Shown here piece after piece: positions 18,816-28,838 of a stretch of 64,000 nt of DNA. The stretch comes from a virus (Duplodnaviria; Caudoviricetes). The translations under genes and the position numbers were made by a program. Below the pieces are notes generated by a model. That model was given only the letters and a program-made list of their open reading frames with translations. It had not been told where the DNA came from and made no database searches. The stretch lies in IMG/VR virus record IMGVR_UViG_3300027917_004314; one strand, written 5' to 3'. Numbering within the stretch: the first letter of the stretch is position 1; each line of letters begins with the position of its first letter.

Positions 18816-19138
18816 TGTCAGTGGCACTGGCCATAGCGACTAGAGGTATAATTTGTTTTTCAACTGTCGGGGCACCTGTCCAAGGCTTAGTATCTTGTGA
18901 TTCACCAGACATTCAAGATTTTATTGATTTAAGGCCAGACATTGCAAGCTCTGAAGAGCTTAGTCCAACAATATCAGATACAACGCCAGTTGTAGAGTCA
19001 ACAGGGCAGCGCATTACGGAGATTGTAGAGGGAGATAATTTAGTGCCGAGAATATCCAGCTCTTCAGACCTAACGCCAACTATAACCAGTGGTGAGGAAT
19101 TAATACCATCTGTAACCATTGTGGAGGATGATGATTAA
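18815..19138 (+). CDS. Small acidic protein with L.P.I(S/T) repeats
   Basis: 107 aa, TAATG-coupled on both sides. Confidence 0.6.
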   Translation: MSVALAIATRGIICFSTVGAPVQGLVSCDSPDIQDFIDLRPDIASSEELSPTISDTTPVVESTGQRITEIVEGDNLVPRISSSSDLTPTITSGEELIPSVTIVEDDD

Positions 19139-20295
19139 TGGCTGTTATTAAACTGCAAATAAGCGTAAGCCAGATTACAAACGTTATATCATTATTTGAT
19201 AAAATTCAAGTGCAGCGCTCTAAATTGGGTGATCCGTATACAGATGCAGAGTTTATTACTGCTGATGCCGCAACCGCTCCAACCATGACAGGCACACAGG
19301 TGGGTCCATTTGATTTTTTACAAGGCACAACTCTTGAAATTCAGGTTGATGGCGGAGACACTCAAACTGTTACTTTTACAGCCACAAACCCAATACCAAT
19401 CTCAACAGTTGTCTCGACATTTAATGGAACTGTTACCGGAGCCGTTGCCTCTGATGGATACGGAAGGTTGGTTATAACTGGAGCTAATACAGGAACTGAT
19501 GGAACACTTAGAATAGTTGGTGGCACATCTTTGTCTGTACTCGGTTTTACTACAGATCAGGAAGCTAATGGGCAGGACCCACATGTTACTCTGGTGGCTG
19601 GTACATCATCATATGAGTACGACGATTCCAGTGGAGCTACCACTTATTACTATAGAACACGATATTATAACTCTTCATCAGGCGTTTTCAGCGATTACTC
19701 TGCTTGGGCACTTGGAACCTCAGACGACCCAGACGGTGATCAGATAGGTGATGCGGCACGAATTTCATATACTGAGGATGAAATCCAAGGAATAAATATA
19801 TTGTTAAGTATGCTAAAAGCTAGGCTCAAGAACGACATTGAGGTGGAAACCACAGATGCTTTTGGAAATGTTACATACACACAATGTAGTGTGTTCACAG
19901 ACGACGAGTTAACATGGTTTTTAAGATGTAGCTTAAGTGAGTTCAATCAAACTCCACACTTTACAGATTTTACGTTTGATATGGAAGTTATTTATGATAG
20001 GTTTGCCTATATAATTGTAGAGGGCGCATTCATATTGGCTATGGCAGCACAGATGTTGATAGAGGCTGGGCGTGAATTTACAATCACCGATAACGGTATT
20101 ACAATGAACCCACCGCCGCTGTCGACTGTTCTAAATAATGAACTTAGCCAATTTGTCTCAAGACATACTGAAATGTTACATAAAATTAAGTGGAGCATTA
20201 AACCAACTCCATTGGGTTTTGGTGGGTTCAGAGTGTTGGCCGTGTCTCCTAATTTTATGAGATTAAGGCATTTGAGGCAAAGGAGAATTGTATGA
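19138..20295 (+). CDS. Head-tail adaptor / neck protein with an N-terminal accessory domain
   Basis: C-terminal helical FTDDELTWFL...IIVEGAFILAM pattern as in head-tail connector proteins; position between the head and tail genes. Confidence 0.6.
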   Translation: MAVIKLQISVSQITNVISLFDKIQVQRSKLGDPYTDAEFITADAATAPTMTGTQVGPFDFLQGTTLEIQVDGGDTQTVTFTATNPIPISTVVSTFNGTVTGAVASDGYGRLVITGANTGTDGTLRIVGGTSLSVLGFTTDQEANGQDPHVTLVAGTSSYEYDDSSGATTYYYRTRYYNSSSGVFSDYSAWALGTSDDPDGDQIGDAARISYTEDEIQGINILLSMLKARLKNDIEVETTDAFGNVTYTQCSVFTDDELTWFLRCSLSEFNQTPHFTDFTFDMEVIYDRFAYIIVEGAFILAMAAQMLIEAGREFTITDNGITMNPPPLSTVLNNELSQFVSRHTEMLHKIKWSIKPTPLGFGGFRVLAVSPNFMRLRHLRQRRIV

Positions 20296-20531
20296 TAGTT
20301 AAGAAATATATAACGTATTTGGGTATAGAGAAACCATCAACCCCCGCTCAAGTAAATATGGAAATAAGCGGATTAAAACATGCTATTAGAGTGGCAGAGG
20401 AAATGATAGCTAGTTTGGAACAATCTCTAGCAATAGTTGATCTAAGACAAGAGGAGATGACGCTTAATGAAAAAACACAAAAAGAGGGCACAAATTCGAA
20501 AGTTAGTACAAAAATTGAAGAGACAACTTAA
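20292..20531 (+). CDS. Small coiled-coil hypothetical protein
   Basis: 79 aa; ATGA overlap with the upstream gene; overlaps the next gene by 65 nt. Confidence 0.45.
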   Translation: MIVKKYITYLGIEKPSTPAQVNMEISGLKHAIRVAEEMIASLEQSLAIVDLRQEEMTLNEKTQKEGTNSKVSTKIEETT

Positions 20532-20949
20532 AAAAGAAGACCCTTTTTTAGACAAGTGTAAAAAGTATAATAGAGATCCAGACTTCGTGGATAGTGTAAA
20601 AATTAGTTTTGAGCCTCTAGATGTGTCCGCCAAAACGATAAATGGCGATATTATCATAAATGAACAGCTCTTAGATGCGGGAGATTGGGATGACATTATG
20701 CGATATGTCGTACATGAAATGACACACGTGATGCAACAAGAGGCTGGCAAGGTTGATGGGGTTATAGATGAAGCTGATTATCTGGAAGATGAGAATGAGA
20801 TTGAGGCATTCAATGCACAGATGGAGTACATGGATGAGCATGTGCCTAAAGAAGAGTTGCAAGAGTACCTGGAAAATCTGCTTGACCACCACGGGGTAGA
20901 AGGGAAAGAAAGAAGAAAAGTGTTACGAACTCTAACAAAAGATATTTAA
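20467..20949 (+). CDS. Zincin-type metallopeptidase
   Basis: VVHEMTHVMQ (HExxH) plus a downstream EIEAF third-ligand motif; GAGGAG RBS. Confidence 0.75.
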   Translation: MKKHKKRAQIRKLVQKLKRQLKKEDPFLDKCKKYNRDPDFVDSVKISFEPLDVSAKTINGDIIINEQLLDAGDWDDIMRYVVHEMTHVMQQEAGKVDGVIDEADYLEDENEIEAFNAQMEYMDEHVPKEELQEYLENLLDHHGVEGKERRKVLRTLTKDI

Positions 20950-20969
20950 GTAAATGAGGTTTTGTTCTA

Positions 20970-22964
20970 TTGGCTCAATTTACAAATTTTTCTCCAGCAT
21001 CTGGTCAGACTGGCGTTGCTCGGACCGCAACAATTAGTTTCACTATTTTAGAGGGAGCAGCCGGCGCACAGATTAATACGCTGTCAACCTCTGTGGATGG
21101 GACATTTGCCATACAAAACGGCATTTTTGTGAATGGTTATAATGGCAGCATTTTTGCAGGCGTAGGAAAATACGTAGTTGGTATCTACCCAAAGAGCCCG
21201 GATTTTCTAGAAGCTGCCGCTCAAATTGATGCCTACATGGCAATTAGAGATTCCTACGATGTGTTGGATTCCTACAGTTATGCATTCTTTACCACTGGAT
21301 ATGTTGCAGACCCGGGCGATCCGGATCCAGCCCCAGAAGTAGACCCAAGAGCCTGCGATCTTACGAAACCGTTTTTCACGCCAACAGATCTTGGTTTGTC
21401 TGCCATTCTCGATGCAGGAGTTGGTACAGAAGTAGACGTAAGTTGGAAACCAGCGTATCCAAGTAACGAGAATAATTTAGTTTTCTATAATCTATATTAT
21501 TCTACGTTGAGAGAGCAAGTATTTGATGGATACCCAGATTTTCTAGTTGTAGATACAGAAGCTACCATTGGTGGTTTGCCACCAGGTGATCAACACTTTT
21601 TTGGTGTTAGGGCCACTGAGCTTAACCCATTAAATGTAACTATATCTGGTCTTAATCAAGCTGGGACAGATATGTATTACTATCCGGAGGCATTAGTAGA
21701 TGCATATTTTGATCAATATGCTATGTTCGTCCCAGCAGACTCGGTAAGTGGATTTCCTTTGTTTGGCACATTGGTTGTTAATGATGAATTAATCAGATAT
21801 GGTTCTAAACAGCTGTCGCCAGCTGGATTTAATGTTTCTGCCAATGGCAGAGGATATGCCGACACGGGCGCAGAAGCACATAGGGCTGGCGCACTTATCC
21901 GATTATACTGGGGTAAAGAAGATAAGAATACAATTACCGCTCAGGCAACGCCTACTTTCCAGAAGCCAAATTTAGCACTGACCTATGTTTTTGGTGATGG
22001 GTATGGGAATGATGGAAGAAGAGATGGGTACGACGGATATGCCAACACTGATGGTTACTTAAGATTGCGACAACAAGAGTTTGATAACATTACAACAGAT
22101 ACCACAAATAACGATGAACAGGGAGACTTCAACCGTTTTGATTATTGTGGTACATGGCGCACAATGTCGCCACAAAGTTTTATGCAAGGTCAATGTCGAG
22201 GTAGTTATTTTGGTGGCGCCCAAGTGCGTATCGATAATAATGGAGATAGGCATTTAGTAAAAGAATCTGATTTTCAGACGCATATGCTTCAACGAGAAGA
22301 GTTGTTGCTCGAACAAACCGGAGAGCCTTTTGTACTTATGCGCAGGATGTGGACAGGAGCCAAATGTCCATGCGTTATGTTACGGAGAGAACATCAGGAT
22401 GCTAGATGCCAAATATGTTTTGGCACAGGATTTGTACAGGGGTACATACAATTCTTCAATCCAAGAAGGGGTGATAGACGAATACTTGTTAGAATTGACC
22501 CCGCAACGGATGATGTAGATATTGTAGATCGCGGAGGTCTAGAACCCAAGTATGAGCCAAGCGGGTGGACATTACCGTTTCCTGCCATAAAAGACAGGGA
22601 CGTGTTAATTAGATTTAACGAAAACAATACAGAGGAATTTAGATATGAAATACTGGATGTAACCAGGCAGCGCGTTTTATTCTTGCAAAGCGGCGCACAA
22701 AAATTTAGAATGAAAAGATTTCCCAAAAGTGACATTATCTATCAATTTCCTGTAGTTAGAGATGTAAGCCCGACGCCTGGCACGCTGACTACCACATTAA
22801 CAGCTGCGCCTGGGATCGTGGCACATTCACATCAGATTGTTGTTTTACAAGGCACAGCTATTGCGACACTGAAGGCGGCCACACAAGAAAGCGAAGGACA
22901 CAATCACGTAATATATAATGGTATAGTGCAGTCAGTGCTTGGACACACACATACCATTCCATAA
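20970..22964 (+). CDS. Head-closure/neck protein with Ig-like and FN3-like N-terminal domains, a Cys4 zinc site and C-terminal HxH motifs
   Basis: FSPASGQTGVARTATISFTI (Ig-like); VSWKPAY...YNLYYS...FFGVRA (FN3-like); GEPFVLMRR...CPC...CQICFGTGFVQGY. Confidence 0.6.
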   Translation: MAQFTNFSPASGQTGVARTATISFTILEGAAGAQINTLSTSVDGTFAIQNGIFVNGYNGSIFAGVGKYVVGIYPKSPDFLEAAAQIDAYMAIRDSYDVLDSYSYAFFTTGYVADPGDPDPAPEVDPRACDLTKPFFTPTDLGLSAILDAGVGTEVDVSWKPAYPSNENNLVFYNLYYSTLREQVFDGYPDFLVVDTEATIGGLPPGDQHFFGVRATELNPLNVTISGLNQAGTDMYYYPEALVDAYFDQYAMFVPADSVSGFPLFGTLVVNDELIRYGSKQLSPAGFNVSANGRGYADTGAEAHRAGALIRLYWGKEDKNTITAQATPTFQKPNLALTYVFGDGYGNDGRRDGYDGYANTDGYLRLRQQEFDNITTDTTNNDEQGDFNRFDYCGTWRTMSPQSFMQGQCRGSYFGGAQVRIDNNGDRHLVKESDFQTHMLQREELLLEQTGEPFVLMRRMWTGAKCPCVMLRREHQDARCQICFGTGFVQGYIQFFNPRRGDRRILVRIDPATDDVDIVDRGGLEPKYEPSGWTLPFPAIKDRDVLIRFNENNTEEFRYEILDVTRQRVLFLQSGAQKFRMKRFPKSDIIYQFPVVRDVSPTPGTLTTTLTAAPGIVAHSHQIVVLQGTAIATLKAATQESEGHNHVIYNGIVQSVLGHTHTIP

Positions 22965-22974
22965 AGGAGTTAAA

Positions 22975-23367
22975 ATGAGCGAAGAAGATATTTTGGAAGA
23001 CATCATAGAAGACTATGAGCGCATATTAGGTATAGTTACTAACAGATTAAACCAATTAAAGACACTTAAGAAAAGAAAGAATGCTAACATAAAGTATCAG
23101 CATACAGGTGTAAATCACTCAGTGGGTGATTTGGTGGCTGAAAAAAGACGGCAGGTAATGGCAGATATAGAAAAGATGAAGGCGCAGGCCAGAGAACAAG
23201 CTAGAAAAACACAAGAAGAGGCAGATAAAAAAGTAGCAGAAATAAAAGCGATGCCCAATTTTCCAAATATTGAGCTGCCGATTGTTGATATAGAAAAGAT
23301 GAAGGCGCAGGCCAGAGAACAAGCTAGAAAAACACAAGAAAGAGAGGATAAGAAAAATGGCAGATGA
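22975..23367 (+). CDS. Coiled-coil protein with an exact internal duplication
   Basis: AAGGAG precedes ATG 22975; DIEKMKAQAREQARKTQE occurs twice. Confidence 0.7.
   Translation: MSEEDILEDIIEDYERILGIVTNRLNQLKTLKKRKNANIKYQHTGVNHSVGDLVAEKRRQVMADIEKMKAQAREQARKTQEEADKKVAEIKAMPNFPNIELPIVDIEKMKAQAREQARKTQEREDKKNGR
23164..23340 (+). repeat. Exact 54-nt direct repeat (23164-23217 and 23287-23340)
   Basis: GATATAGAAAAGATGAAGGCGCAGGCCAGAGAACAAGCTAGAAAAACACAAGAA occurs twice, 123 nt apart. Confidence 0.9.
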
Positions 23368-23752
23368 GAAAAATGGAAATGAATTGAAAATATATACAAA
23401 ATATCAATCTAGGAAATGGCAGCTCGTTGTTGTAGTGTTAGCAATCGCAACGCTTGGCTTGTTTGTTCCGCCAGTTTTAAGTCTTTTTGTCTTTAAAATG
23501 CCACAGGCATTTTTCATTATTACTGGTACCGAGTGGGTATCAGTGGTGACTTTAATAGTTGCAGCATACTTTGGCGCAAACATTTGGCAGAAGCACGTGG
23601 AGAGGCGGGGATTTGGCGGAGGTATGATGCCGTATGGCGGTTTTGGTATGTCTGGAGTAGAGGAAATTGAAGAAATATCTGGTATAGATGCAAGAGGTTC
23701 TGCGCCAGATTATGAAGAAGAAATACGACCAAATGAAGAGGGAGAAGCTTAA
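23357..23752 (+). CDS. Two-TM membrane protein, holin-like
   Basis: SRKWQLVVVVLAIATLGLFV and WVSVVTLIVAAYFGANIW, with a charged C-terminal tail. Confidence 0.5.
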   Translation: MADEKNGNELKIYTKYQSRKWQLVVVVLAIATLGLFVPPVLSLFVFKMPQAFFIITGTEWVSVVTLIVAAYFGANIWQKHVERRGFGGGMMPYGGFGMSGVEEIEEISGIDARGSAPDYEEEIRPNEEGEA

Positions 23753-23825
23753 TTTATCCGTTTTTTGGCAGGAGATTATAGATTTTGCTTGATAAATAGA
23801 TAAATATTTTGGAGGCTTATAAAAC

Positions 23826-26800
23826 ATGACTGATAGCCAATATCCTGACAGCATTGACGATGACGTAGTTTTGCCAAGAGTAGATGATAATATAACAGAG
23901 ATTGGTGGCGAGGCTATTAACGGCTGTCGAAGTGCTATATTTAATATAGAAGAGACCTTGGGCACTAATCCACAAGGCACAGCGGCTGATGTAGCTACAA
24001 GATTGGCAGAGTCTTTAAATCCAGACGGCAGTATTAAAGCATCTGCACTATCTAGTGTTGGTTTGGTAACACTACCCATAGATAATGCTCAGGTTGGCAC
24101 CAACGCTGGCATTGAAGAATCAAAACTAGATTTAGACTATTCCACTGCTACATTAAGACAACTCATTGCATCTTTGGATGCATTTATAATGTCAATAAAC
24201 AACCGGCTGATTATTGATATAAGTAATCTTACGCAGCACGTTGCGCATCCATCAGCCTATGGTCGCCACAGGACCAGCGACATAGACGGATATACAGGAA
24301 AATATTCTTCATACAATGCCCAAGGAATGATCGATGACCTTGATACAAGGTTAATTAATCATGTCACTGACACCATTGACGCCCACGATGCCAGTGCAAT
24401 ATCATTTGTTGACACGGGTTTAACTATAAGTGCAGATGATGTGCAAGAAGCTCTTGAATTGTTAGATGAACTTCAAGCTACGCTTATGACAAAACATAGA
24501 GATGATATGCACAGTAACGGCATATTAAAGGAGCAAGAAGTTTATGTTGATGGCTATGTCCACTCAACTGCGATTCTTAGCGATCTGCCAATTTCAGCAG
24601 TTAGCCCTGGTGATACATCCATTACGTTTACTGGCGGCCCGATAGCTGCTTTAGCACAAGTCTCAAGGGGCGATAAAATCGAAGTCACAATTGGTGGACA
24701 GACATTCGTCAAGTATGTAGAGAGTGTGGTAACTATCAGCGATTCTGTTTTATTTTTTGGTGTTGCTCCATTTGGTGGTAGTGGCGCAACAGCTTCTATC
24801 TACTATGCATCTGAAGAAATTATTGCCCCCTCCGCTTTAATGATGGCAATTAAGAAAAAAGCAAGTGGAACGCAAGAAGCTACTGTGCAGATAATACACC
24901 CCAGTGCTCCTTATCTCTTAAGTAGTGGAATTGATACTGGACAACTTTCTCCAACCGTTAAAAATATCCAAGTTAAATGGCCAACTGGTTATGCGGAAAT
25001 TGACGCATACGGTGCTCTAAATACATATACTTCGTCTGCTGATCCAAGCACATGGACCACAGAGGTCTTAGCTCTTGCCCTTAACGAATCGTTTAGACCA
25101 GATGGCATTCTGGCTTCTTCTGTAGGATTGCCGCTTCTTGCTTTTACATATCGTGGAGAACTTGGGCTTGCATATGATGAACCCGATGGCTATCTAATTG
25201 CTGAAGCTCCAGGTTCTGGGAACAGCGCCTGGGCAGCACTAGGATTTACTGGTGTTGAAGAGGCCTATAGTCTTGGCCCAAGGAGATTCTACATTGACGG
25301 GTACGAGTTTACTGGCATTAGAACCATACTTAATGGGACTGGTAAAGTAGAAGGCGGCTCGCCAGAATTGATTGAAGATATTAATGTGGATTTAACTGAT
25401 CTTGGCATACCGAATCAGGGTGTTGTTAGGGTAACTGGCAGCTCAGGTGATGGCACTTACATATTCAATGCGACAACATCGTCAACCATCAGAATTGATG
25501 AATATCCGCTATTTTCAGTTGATCCATCGGTCGATGTGAAAATATACGCGGATCATTTTACGACAGGTGTTGCCACCAAAACCCTCTATGAGCTGTTTCT
25601 AGATGCATATGAAAATGGCCTGGCAGAATTAAGAGGTTCTGCAAGAGTGGAGTATAGTAACACTGCTGGTGCATCACCTGATTGGCCTGAAGATTGGTTT
25701 GATGTAGTCGATGTTTCTAGGACATTTGGTGCCAGTGAAAAGCGCATAGAATATAGAGAAGGAGCACTAACTTTAGGGGACAGATCTGGCGCTACAGGTG
25801 TCACAAACACGGGGCCTGCCGTATTGCTTCCAACCTCTAATGAAGAAGGATTTAGATTTAAATTGTATGATGGTAATGGAGTAGATTACTTAGAAATAGA
25901 AATAGCCGAAGGTGATTACGTAGGTGAAACCAACGTAAATGCGATTGATGTTGAGGTATTGTCAAGAGCAAGTGAAGAAAGATATGTACAAGTGGCGACG
26001 GTATTATATGATACTAATGATCTCAAATATTTAAGCGATAAACGTTTATTTGGGAGTGTTGGAAGAAGAGACGTCCGTGACGACTATACAAGAGATTATA
26101 TCACTTATCCAACCTCTCTGTTAAGAGGAAATGGCATTATTTATGGATTAGAGGTTTTTGATTCTTCGACTGATGTTGGCATTAAGGGTGGGCAAGTCGT
26201 AGTCGATGGTATTATATACGCAGTAGAAAGCACTGTCATCACGTGCCCAAAAAATTATTCTTTTACTACATATAATTTATTTGTTGATAATACAGGCAAA
26301 TTAAGGTTGTTAGAAGACAATCAGTACATTTATGGAGTTATTTCTACACCACCCATAGAAGAAATAGTTCAGAGCAAAGATAAGACGCTATTAGCTCAAG
26401 TCGTAGTAGATTTTAATAATAATGTGGATAGTATTTCTGATTACCGTAGGTTTGTTGGAGATGTAGATAATAATTTTGAACTTATATTAGAAAATAACGA
26501 TGGATATAATGTAACACATGGAACTTTTTCAACATTCGGATCTGTAATAAATTGGATTAATCTCCATGATTCTGCGGGGTTACCAATACCGAGATTAATA
26601 AGGTTGCGTGGTAATATTGATATAGATGTAAGTGACGGCACTACGCCCATTTCTTTTCCAGATGGTATTACATTTGCTGGTGATGCAACTAGTTGGGACG
26701 ATACCACTACTATGTCTACTATAACGTTGAGTGGTATTACGAGCAGCGGTGTTATACGGCCTGGTGATGGGTTTACTATGAAGAACATAAAGATCGATTT

Positions 26801-28829
26801 TACGTCGGGTGCAACTGTTAAGTATTTAGTGGGAAGTAGTATTACCGACCTTACCAACATGACTCTGGAAAACTGTGTTTTTGCTAACATAGCCGACGAA
26901 AACGGACTTATGGAAACAATTCGTGGAAAAACCATGTCGAATGTTAATATTGTAGGGTGCTCTTTTGAATATACCGAAAATTTTCAAGGCGGCTTTGCAA
27001 TTACATGTACAAGCACCGTAGATAATTTGTTTGTATCTAATTGTCTCTTTACTTGTACAGATATAGATGAGAGCATCGTTTTCATGTCTTTTAGTGGGAC
27101 AACAACCAGGATGACGGTACTAAACACTAAATTTGAGAGTTCGGCGCGCTTATCTACTTGGGCCATTGGTGCATTGTTCGGATCCATTGAACACTCATTA
27201 ATAGATAATTGTGTATTTGATATTACCTCTTATCCTGGTGCTATAGCGGATGGTTATTTTGGTATAGCAACTAGTGATATGACTAATACGACCATTTCAA
27301 ATTGTAGGTTTATCGATAGTGGTGCTGGTGATAAAAATATGTATGGTGTGCTCGGCCCAGGAGAAAATACAACAATTAGTGGCTGTTCTTTTGAGGATCA
27401 GCTAATAGGAGTGGTAGCTAGCAACGATGCGTACGGCATAATAATAAGTAATAATATCTTTGATGGAATTGGAACAGCAGCGATTAATGCCAATACACAC
27501 ATGGGCGGTATGATTATCGAAAAGAATTTTTTCAGGAAAACCGCGAAGAGAGAAGCAACAGATGTGTTTATTACCCTAAAAGATCCAGAACATGCGACAA
27601 TCAGGGACAATCTCTTTATAATGTCTGCATCAGATGGAAATTATGGCGAGATGATTCAAATTACTAATACAAGTAAGTCTACTGCTATTATAAACAACTA
27701 CTTGTTTAACACCGCCGCATCTGGACAGGGTTTTGAAGTTGGAATATATTTTGACGGTGATGCCGGAACACAAGGTGCTGACCACAAGTTGGACTGTATT
27801 CTGAACAACCACCTCTATAATTTTGGCGGCGGCAACGCTATTCCCATATCAATTACCAATGGTAATGAAACACTAATAAGTGGTAATAAAACCTTTGGTA
27901 CAACCACCGGTGGTATATATATGTTTGATTGTAAGTGGGCCACTATTGTTGATAATTCCCTTATGTGTAATATAGGTACAGCGCCAGTGTTAGAAATAGA
28001 TGGTAGCGGCGGCGGCGGCGTTGGTGAAGCATTCAATTTAATTAGCCAAAACACTTTTCATAATGCTCAGTCCGCCGGGCTGGATAATATTGTAGAAATA
28101 ACGGCAAATGGTGGAGAGAGGGTTATTTTCTCCAACAATATTGTAAGACAATATGTCTCCACTAGCTTCGCACTTGTTCTTATACAAACCAATTTTGTCG
28201 AATGCATAGGAAACTTCTTTTCATGTTATATTGCAAATAATACATATATGTTGAATGTTAGTGGTACATACGCTCTGGTTGCACTAAACAATCTAGCAGC
28301 TAACACGTTCCCATATTCTGGTGGTCGAATAAGTGTATCTGATGACACAAGTGTAGATTTTATGAATAAGGGTGGTACATACTACTCTGTAATACCTATG
28401 TCGCGAGCTTTCCCGGATACTGGTTCGTCTTGGGCAATTTATGCTGCTTCTAACCCACATAAGCTTGAACTAACAAATCCCAGTGGAACAAGTGAAGAAG
28501 CTTACATAGAATTCTCCAATTTGGATGTTCCAACGCATGCTAGGATAGTCCAATTAGACGTAAATGCACAAGTATCTGCAACAGACGATCTTGCAGTTAC
28601 ATGGTATAAAGATGATTGGGAGGGGGGTTCTAGTGCTGGCGATACTATCAGTCTTGCCACCAACCCAGATTCAACTGGTGCATATCTAACTTTTGATGTT
28701 GTGCCAAGTTCTGGTAATGATCCACAATATATGATGAATGACGAAGTACATCTAATAAAATTCCGTACAGACGATCCACTATCTGGGGCCGTATGGGTGG
28801 CGGGACTTAGAATTAAATACATATTGTAA
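23826..28829 (+). CDS. Large fibre/tailspike-like protein with a right-handed beta-helix (pectate-lyase-like) region
   Basis: 1667 aa. N-terminal YPDSIDD...AIFNIEETLGTNP and AHDASAIS fibre motifs; many I.NC.F / I.NN.F repeats from about 26850 to 28300. Confidence 0.75.
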   Translation: MTDSQYPDSIDDDVVLPRVDDNITEIGGEAINGCRSAIFNIEETLGTNPQGTAADVATRLAESLNPDGSIKASALSSVGLVTLPIDNAQVGTNAGIEESKLDLDYSTATLRQLIASLDAFIMSINNRLIIDISNLTQHVAHPSAYGRHRTSDIDGYTGKYSSYNAQGMIDDLDTRLINHVTDTIDAHDASAISFVDTGLTISADDVQEALELLDELQATLMTKHRDDMHSNGILKEQEVYVDGYVHSTAILSDLPISAVSPGDTSITFTGGPIAALAQVSRGDKIEVTIGGQTFVKYVESVVTISDSVLFFGVAPFGGSGATASIYYASEEIIAPSALMMAIKKKASGTQEATVQIIHPSAPYLLSSGIDTGQLSPTVKNIQVKWPTGYAEIDAYGALNTYTSSADPSTWTTEVLALALNESFRPDGILASSVGLPLLAFTYRGELGLAYDEPDGYLIAEAPGSGNSAWAALGFTGVEEAYSLGPRRFYIDGYEFTGIRTILNGTGKVEGGSPELIEDINVDLTDLGIPNQGVVRVTGSSGDGTYIFNATTSSTIRIDEYPLFSVDPSVDVKIYADHFTTGVATKTLYELFLDAYENGLAELRGSARVEYSNTAGASPDWPEDWFDVVDVSRTFGASEKRIEYREGALTLGDRSGATGVTNTGPAVLLPTSNEEGFRFKLYDGNGVDYLEIEIAEGDYVGETNVNAIDVEVLSRASEERYVQVATVLYDTNDLKYLSDKRLFGSVGRRDVRDDYTRDYITYPTSLLRGNGIIYGLEVFDSSTDVGIKGGQVVVDGIIYAVESTVITCPKNYSFTTYNLFVDNTGKLRLLEDNQYIYGVISTPPIEEIVQSKDKTLLAQVVVDFNNNVDSISDYRRFVGDVDNNFELILENNDGYNVTHGTFSTFGSVINWINLHDSAGLPIPRLIRLRGNIDIDVSDGTTPISFPDGITFAGDATSWDDTTTMSTITLSGITSSGVIRPGDGFTMKNIKIDFTSGATVKYLVGSSITDLTNMTLENCVFANIADENGLMETIRGKTMSNVNIVGCSFEYTENFQGGFAITCTSTVDNLFVSNCLFTCTDIDESIVFMSFSGTTTRMTVLNTKFESSARLSTWAIGALFGSIEHSLIDNCVFDITSYPGAIADGYFGIATSDMTNTTISNCRFIDSGAGDKNMYGVLGPGENTTISGCSFEDQLIGVVASNDAYGIIISNNIFDGIGTAAINANTHMGGMIIEKNFFRKTAKREATDVFITLKDPEHATIRDNLFIMSASDGNYGEMIQITNTSKSTAIINNYLFNTAASGQGFEVGIYFDGDAGTQGADHKLDCILNNHLYNFGGGNAIPISITNGNETLISGNKTFGTTTGGIYMFDCKWATIVDNSLMCNIGTAPVLEIDGSGGGGVGEAFNLISQNTFHNAQSAGLDNIVEITANGGERVIFSNNIVRQYVSTSFALVLIQTNFVECIGNFFSCYIANNTYMLNVSGTYALVALNNLAANTFPYSGGRISVSDDTSVDFMNKGGTYYSVIPMSRAFPDTGSSWAIYAASNPHKLELTNPSGTSEEAYIEFSNLDVPTHARIVQLDVNAQVSATDDLAVTWYKDDWEGGSSAGDTISLATNPDSTGAYLTFDVVPSSGNDPQYMMNDEVHLIKFRTDDPLSGAVWVAGLRIKYIL

Positions 28830-28838
28830 GGAGAGAGA

